Of a stretch of DNA of 32,000 bases, positions 28,000 to 32,000 are shown piece after piece. Where the stretch lies: positions 90,001 to 122,000 of the forward strand of contig NZ_CP011042.1 of NCBI RefSeq assembly GCF_002310835.1, in the 5' to 3' direction. Made by a program: the position numbers and the translations under genes. The notes under the pieces are model-generated. The model was not told the origin of the DNA. It searched no databases and saw nothing but the letters and a program-made list of their open reading frames with translations. Numbering within the stretch: position 1 is the stretch's first letter; each line of letters begins with the position of its first letter. Origin of the DNA: Pseudoalteromonas tetraodonis (lineage in GTDB: Bacteria > Pseudomonadota > Gammaproteobacteria > Enterobacterales > Alteromonadaceae).

Positions 28000-30900
28000 T
28001 CACCCAACCGCTAATTTCCCAGCCTCGTGCCACATTTCACTTGGCATGGGGTTGGTTAGTTCCCACGTTATATTCATCGGCTGGCTGCCGTTGTGGCTTT
28101 GGTATTTAACCTCGCCGTAGTTTACAAATCCCATAGTTCGGCCGTTTTCGTCTTTGCCCTGTTCGCGCACAAATAACAGGATGGTTTTGCCTGTTTTTTG
28201 GTGTTGCAAGTAACTCAAACCTCGGCCGTGTTCTGGGCGGGCGCTATTTTGCGTTTGCCAATGGAACAGGGTAGGGCTGATTGCGTAGTCGTGATACAAC
28301 GTAGTGGGTGAATAGCTTTTTTCGCATTTATTCAGCGTTACAAATAACAGCTCGAGGTTTTGGTTTTTAAATTCTAAAACGCCTTCGCGGGCGGTCGATT
28401 TTTTATCGAACGTGTGCGCGCCAAACGCGGCCAGTATTTGTTGGCGCGTGTAGCGGCTGTGTAATTTTACTGGGTGATTAGGTAAGCACGTTAAATCGCT
28501 TTCTTGCTGGTAAATACGGTTTATTAAAAGCGTAATTACTTGCGCGAGTTCCTGCTGTAGCTCTTTGTGTTTAAGTGCTTGTAAGCTTTGCTCAAGCGTT
28601 TTAAACCCTAAACTTGTGCCTGTGGTATCCCAAAAGTTGTAATGCGCCATAAGCGCGTACTGCTGGTTTTGCGCTGTTGGGGTAAAGTTAAAGTCGTTTT
28701 TACATAAATCACGTAAAAAGCACAAGTAACTGAGTGAGTCGCAGCCGAGTAACTGGGTGTTGATTGCGCGGTAATACGCGGCGTAAATGTCGGCTTGGTC
28801 TGCGAGTATTTCATCGCCTTTTAGCCAGTGCCAGCCGCCGAGTTTTTTATCTTTTGGTTTGTAAATATCTTCAAGCGTGACCTGTGGGTTTATATGTAAA
28901 AAGTTACTTAGCGTAAGGGCGTCATTGGTATGTTGCGAATAGCTATTTATCAGCTGCTGTAAACGGCGTTTAGTGTTTATGGCTTGCTGAATATTTTTTA
29001 GTATTGTTTGTTGTGTGCGCTTTTGTAGCTCTATGCGGCAACCCAGTGGTAAATGCGGGAAGTGATTTTCAATCTCGGTTTTTATTGGTTGGTTGCTTTT
29101 ACCAATCAATGCGCGGAACTTACTGGCAAAGTCGTATTCTGGTCGGGCGTTGCCTACAAAGTCGAGTACGGTACAGCATTGCTTTTGGCTGTTGTCGGGC
29201 AGGCGCATGCCACGGCCGAGTTGCTGTAAAAACAGCGTTAAGCTTTCAGTTGGGCGTAAAAATAAAAGTGTATCGACCTCTGGAATATCGACCCCTTCGT
29301 TAAAAATATCAACCACGCAGAGTATTTGTATTTCACCTTGTCGCAGTGCTTGTTGTTTGGCTGCGCGCTCATTGGTGTTTTTGCTGGTCAGCACATCGGC
29401 GTTTATACCTGCTAAGTTAAATTTAGACGCCATAAACTCTGCGTGTTTTTGGCTTACGCAAAATGCCAACGCTTTTATATCGTGAACATTAGTCACTATA
29501 TCAGCCAAGCTCGATATAATTTTGTTAGCGCGGCTGTTCTCCCCTGTATAAAGACTACTTAGCTCGCTTATATCGTAACGGCCACCACGCCATGTTATTT
29601 GGCTTAGGTCGATATCATCATCTAGTCCAAAGTATTGAAACGGGCATAAGTGGCGTTGGTTTATTGCCTCGGGTAAGCGAATTTCAGCGGCTATTACACC
29701 GCAAAAATCATCGAGTATATTTGCGCCATCTTGTCGCTCTGGTGTAGCAGTTAAACCAAGTAATATTGTGGGCGTAAAGTGGTTTAAAATAGCGCGATAA
29801 CTAGCTGCGCTTACGTGATGCACTTCATCTATCACTATGTAGTCGTAGTAATCGTGGGTTAGATTAAGCGATTCAATTTGGCTGTTTAATGTTTGGATTG
29901 ACGCAAATAATTGGTTGTAGTGTTGTGGCTTATAGTTACCTACCCACAGCTCACCAAAATCGTTGTTTTTAAGCACGCCACGGTAAGCGCTTTGCGCTTG
30001 TTTAAGTATTTCTTCGCGGTGGGCTACAAACAAAAAGTGTGCGTTTGGGTTTTTATCGTAAACAGTTTTAAAGTCGAACGCCGATATAATGGTTTTACCC
30101 GTGCCCGTTGCGGCAACCACTAAATTTTTAAAGCGATTATGCACGCTACGTTCAACGCTTAGTTTTTCTAAAATAGCGAGCTGGTGCGTTTTTGGTGTTA
30201 TATCAAAATAAAACTGGCTACTTGCTTGGCCAACACCGCGTTGCTCATTAAGTGAATTTATGAGCTTTTCTTTACATTCAGCTTTGCCAGTAAATAGTTC
30301 GAAATCTGGCGATTGCCAGTAGGTTTCAAAGGTACTTTTGGTTTTAGCTATAATGTGCGGTATTTCTTGCGCGGTAATTTTTAAGTTCCACTCAAGGCCG
30401 CTGGTAAGCGCTGAATGCGACAAATTAGACGAGCCAATATAACCGGTATGAAAACCCGTATTACGCATAAACAAGTATGACTTTGCGTGTAAGCGCTCTT
30501 GCTGGTTGTTGTAACTAAGTTTTACTTCAGTGTTTGGTAGGTTTGCTAAAAACTCCACCGCTTTAGCATCCGTTGCGCCCATGTACGAGGTGGTAATAAC
30601 TTTGAGCTTATTGCCGCTTTTGGTAAAGGCTTCAAGCTCATTTTTAAATATGCGCAGCCCTGTCCATTTTATAAATGAGACAAGCCAGTAAATAGTGTCG
30701 GACGATTTAATCTCGCGCTTTAGCTCGGTTTCGAGCGATATACCTGCATTAGCACCGCTAAATAATTCGCTTTGTGTAAGCCCTGTTAGCGGAAAAATAT
30801 CGTGAGAGTAATCTTTAAGATTTGCAGCAATAGGGTTTTGAGTATTAAACAGTGCAGTAAGAATACGGCCTTGGCTGTCGATAAGGTTTTCATTGATCAG

Positions 30901-31152
30901 CTCGTCATCGCGGATATGATCTTTAAGCCACAGCACAAGGTTGTTTGCGAGGTTAATTTGCTCGTGCAAACGCTCGCTTGAATTAGGGATTGCATCAATG
31001 GCATGTTCAACCAGCTTGCCTAAAAAACGCGAAAGCCACGTAGCCGCCTCAGCCGATTCTAGTTGGCGTTCGCCCACATAAAATTGGTCACGATTTAAAT
31101 TTTGCTCAATTACTTGTGTAATTAACTGCTCGTAAATACCAATCTGTTGCAT
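28000..31152 (-). CDS. Fusion protein: N-terminal PLD/HKD-family nuclease + SF2 (ResIII/DEAH) helicase + C-terminal DUF3427-like domain
   Basis: 1050 aa. HKD motif LH222AK224SYLF...GSSNLS. Walker A AATGTGKT (347-354), motif II IDEVHH (441-446), motif III TATP, motif VI QQLGRGMR. The C-terminal ~150 aa (GVLEFKNQNLELLFVTLNK...YHDYAISPTLFHWQTQNS...) looks like DUF3427, from memory. AGGGAG lies 7 nt upstream of the ATG. Confidence 0.8.
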   Translation of the reverse strand: MQQIGIYEQLITQVIEQNLNRDQFYVGERQLESAEAATWLSRFLGKLVEHAIDAIPNSSERLHEQINLANNLVLWLKDHIRDDELINENLIDSQGRILTALFNTQNPIAANLKDYSHDIFPLTGLTQSELFSGANAGISLETELKREIKSSDTIYWLVSFIKWTGLRIFKNELEAFTKSGNKLKVITTSYMGATDAKAVEFLANLPNTEVKLSYNNQQERLHAKSYLFMRNTGFHTGYIGSSNLSHSALTSGLEWNLKITAQEIPHIIAKTKSTFETYWQSPDFELFTGKAECKEKLINSLNEQRGVGQASSQFYFDITPKTHQLAILEKLSVERSVHNRFKNLVVAATGTGKTIISAFDFKTVYDKNPNAHFLFVAHREEILKQAQSAYRGVLKNNDFGELWVGNYKPQHYNQLFASIQTLNSQIESLNLTHDYYDYIVIDEVHHVSAASYRAILNHFTPTILLGLTATPERQDGANILDDFCGVIAAEIRLPEAINQRHLCPFQYFGLDDDIDLSQITWRGGRYDISELSSLYTGENSRANKIISSLADIVTNVHDIKALAFCVSQKHAEFMASKFNLAGINADVLTSKNTNERAAKQQALRQGEIQILCVVDIFNEGVDIPEVDTLLFLRPTESLTLFLQQLGRGMRLPDNSQKQCCTVLDFVGNARPEYDFASKFRALIGKSNQPIKTEIENHFPHLPLGCRIELQKRTQQTILKNIQQAINTKRRLQQLINSYSQHTNDALTLSNFLHINPQVTLEDIYKPKDKKLGGWHWLKGDEILADQADIYAAYYRAINTQLLGCDSLSYLCFLRDLCKNDFNFTPTAQNQQYALMAHYNFWDTTGTSLGFKTLEQSLQALKHKELQQELAQVITLLINRIYQQESDLTCLPNHPVKLHSRYTRQQILAAFGAHTFDKKSTAREGVLEFKNQNLELLFVTLNKCEKSYSPTTLYHDYAISPTLFHWQTQNSARPEHGRGLSYLQHQKTGKTILLFVREQGKDENGRTMGFVNYGEVKYQSHNGSQPMNITWELTNPMPSEMWHEAGKLAVG

Positions 31153-31277
31153 TAAATCGCTCCCTGTTTGCGAGCATTCAGTTTACTAAAAAATGCAATG
31201 TAAACAAGCATTAACTCATTATTGAATTAAAGGCAGCTGTTAAGATAATTCCCCCGTCATTTTGCCCGAAAAGACTC

Positions 31278-31461
31278 AATTGATGAGTAATTAATTGCAT
31301 GGAAGCAATTAAAGACGTGACTTCGCCATGGACGGCGAATACACGGCGTTTACGTTCATATCAATTTAGGCTTTGAGGAAAGTGCAAAATGCTCGGGGCG
31401 CCGAGAGATTCCAAAGAGAAGTCGGCGGTTACTTCTCTTTGGTTGCCGTCGCCAACGCGAC
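31278..31461. repeat. 184-bp structured module, right (inverted) arm
   Basis: Reverse complement of 25885-26068, at roughly 75-85 % identity by eye. Hairpins preserved at 31291-31312, 31322-31339 and 31411-31442. Confidence 0.85.
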
Positions 31462-31481
31462 ATTTTCTTTAGTTAATTAGA

Positions 31482-32000
31482 CTATTTATTAATTTCTTCA
31501 ACAGTTCTAATTACAGCTTTTTTTAAAGCGCTGCGCATAACTTCGTTAGTTAATTGATCCAATAATGTCTTATGGAGGACCCCCATACCCTCATTATTGG
31601 CCATAGTTGCATCAAATAATTCACGTGTAATTAATTCTTCCCCTAGCTTATTTACTAATGAAAGTGAAAAAGAAACATTTCTATTGCAGTCTAAAGTCCA
31701 CGCACCATGACAATTAACATCAAAACTCATCAGGTCTGCAGAAATTAACATTTCAACTTGATTATTTATTGCAATATTACTTAGTAGTTTCGCTTCGCTA
31801 GATGCGGGTATTATGTCAATCTTTTTTGCATTTACACCTAATGATTGAAGTTCATCAATAAAGGCATTTCTTATAAAGTCGGCAACTCTAACAAATTCCT
31901 GTCCATCACTTGTCATGCCGATTGTTGCAGGGCCCATTCGCATAACTGCTTTTTCTGCTAATTCATCTTTAACAGTGGCAAGGTTTCTTTTATCTCTCCA
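31482..32000 (-). CDS. Hypothetical protein, 5'-truncated by the window edge
   Basis: The ORF track starts at 31943, but the frame stays open to position 32000 (..WRDKRNLATVKDELAEKAV-MRMGPATIG..). The gene therefore probably begins outside the window. AT-rich. No family recognised. Confidence 0.5.
   Translation of the reverse strand, partial: WRDKRNLATVKDELAEKAVMRMGPATIGMTSDGQEFVRVADFIRNAFIDELQSLGVNAKKIDIIPASSEAKLLSNIAINNQVEMLISADLMSFDVNCHGAWTLDCNRNVSFSLSLVNKLGEELITRELFDATMANNEGMGVLHKTLLDQLTNEVMRSALKKAVIRTVEEINK

Overview
Chromosomal segment of a marine gammaproteobacterium. Gene content, protein sequences and AT-rich codon use look Alteromonadales/Pseudoalteromonas-like, but I cannot verify that here. 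Positions 1 to about 23.2 kb are mostly core genes: a tightly coupled two-component + cupredoxin-like + membrane + OM-barrel operon, a CspA-family cold-shock gene, nucleoside salvage genes (nupC-udk divergent from deoB-deoD), fpr, katG, a ybiT-like ABC-F ATPase and four orphan periplasmic solute-binding proteins. The intergenic regions are unusually repeat-rich. They hold two 160-bp MITE-like hairpin elements, REP-like GTAG palindromes, a 271-bp element with 16-bp terminal inverted repeats, and several tandem arrays that all share a 7-bp period. One array is a perfect ~86.5-copy (AGCTGAT)n tract ending 28 bp before the fpr start codon. From about 23.2 kb to the window end lies an accessory, defence-island-like region. 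It starts with a small class-I SAM methyltransferase translationally coupled to a 512-aa protein that fuses an HNH nuclease to a complete LexA/UmuD-type S24 autoprotease module. It continues with a 5.2-kb cassette bracketed by 184-bp structured inverted repeats. The cassette carries an AT-rich Cys-cluster/beta-helix-repeat membrane protein convergent with a 1050-aa PLD(HKD) nuclease / SF2 helicase / DUF3427-like fusion. The methyltransferase + HNH-S24 pair and the repeat-bracketed cassette are my best candidates for an undescribed system. I recognised no rRNA, tRNA or CRISPR array. All domain calls rest on motif recognition by eye, not on database searches.
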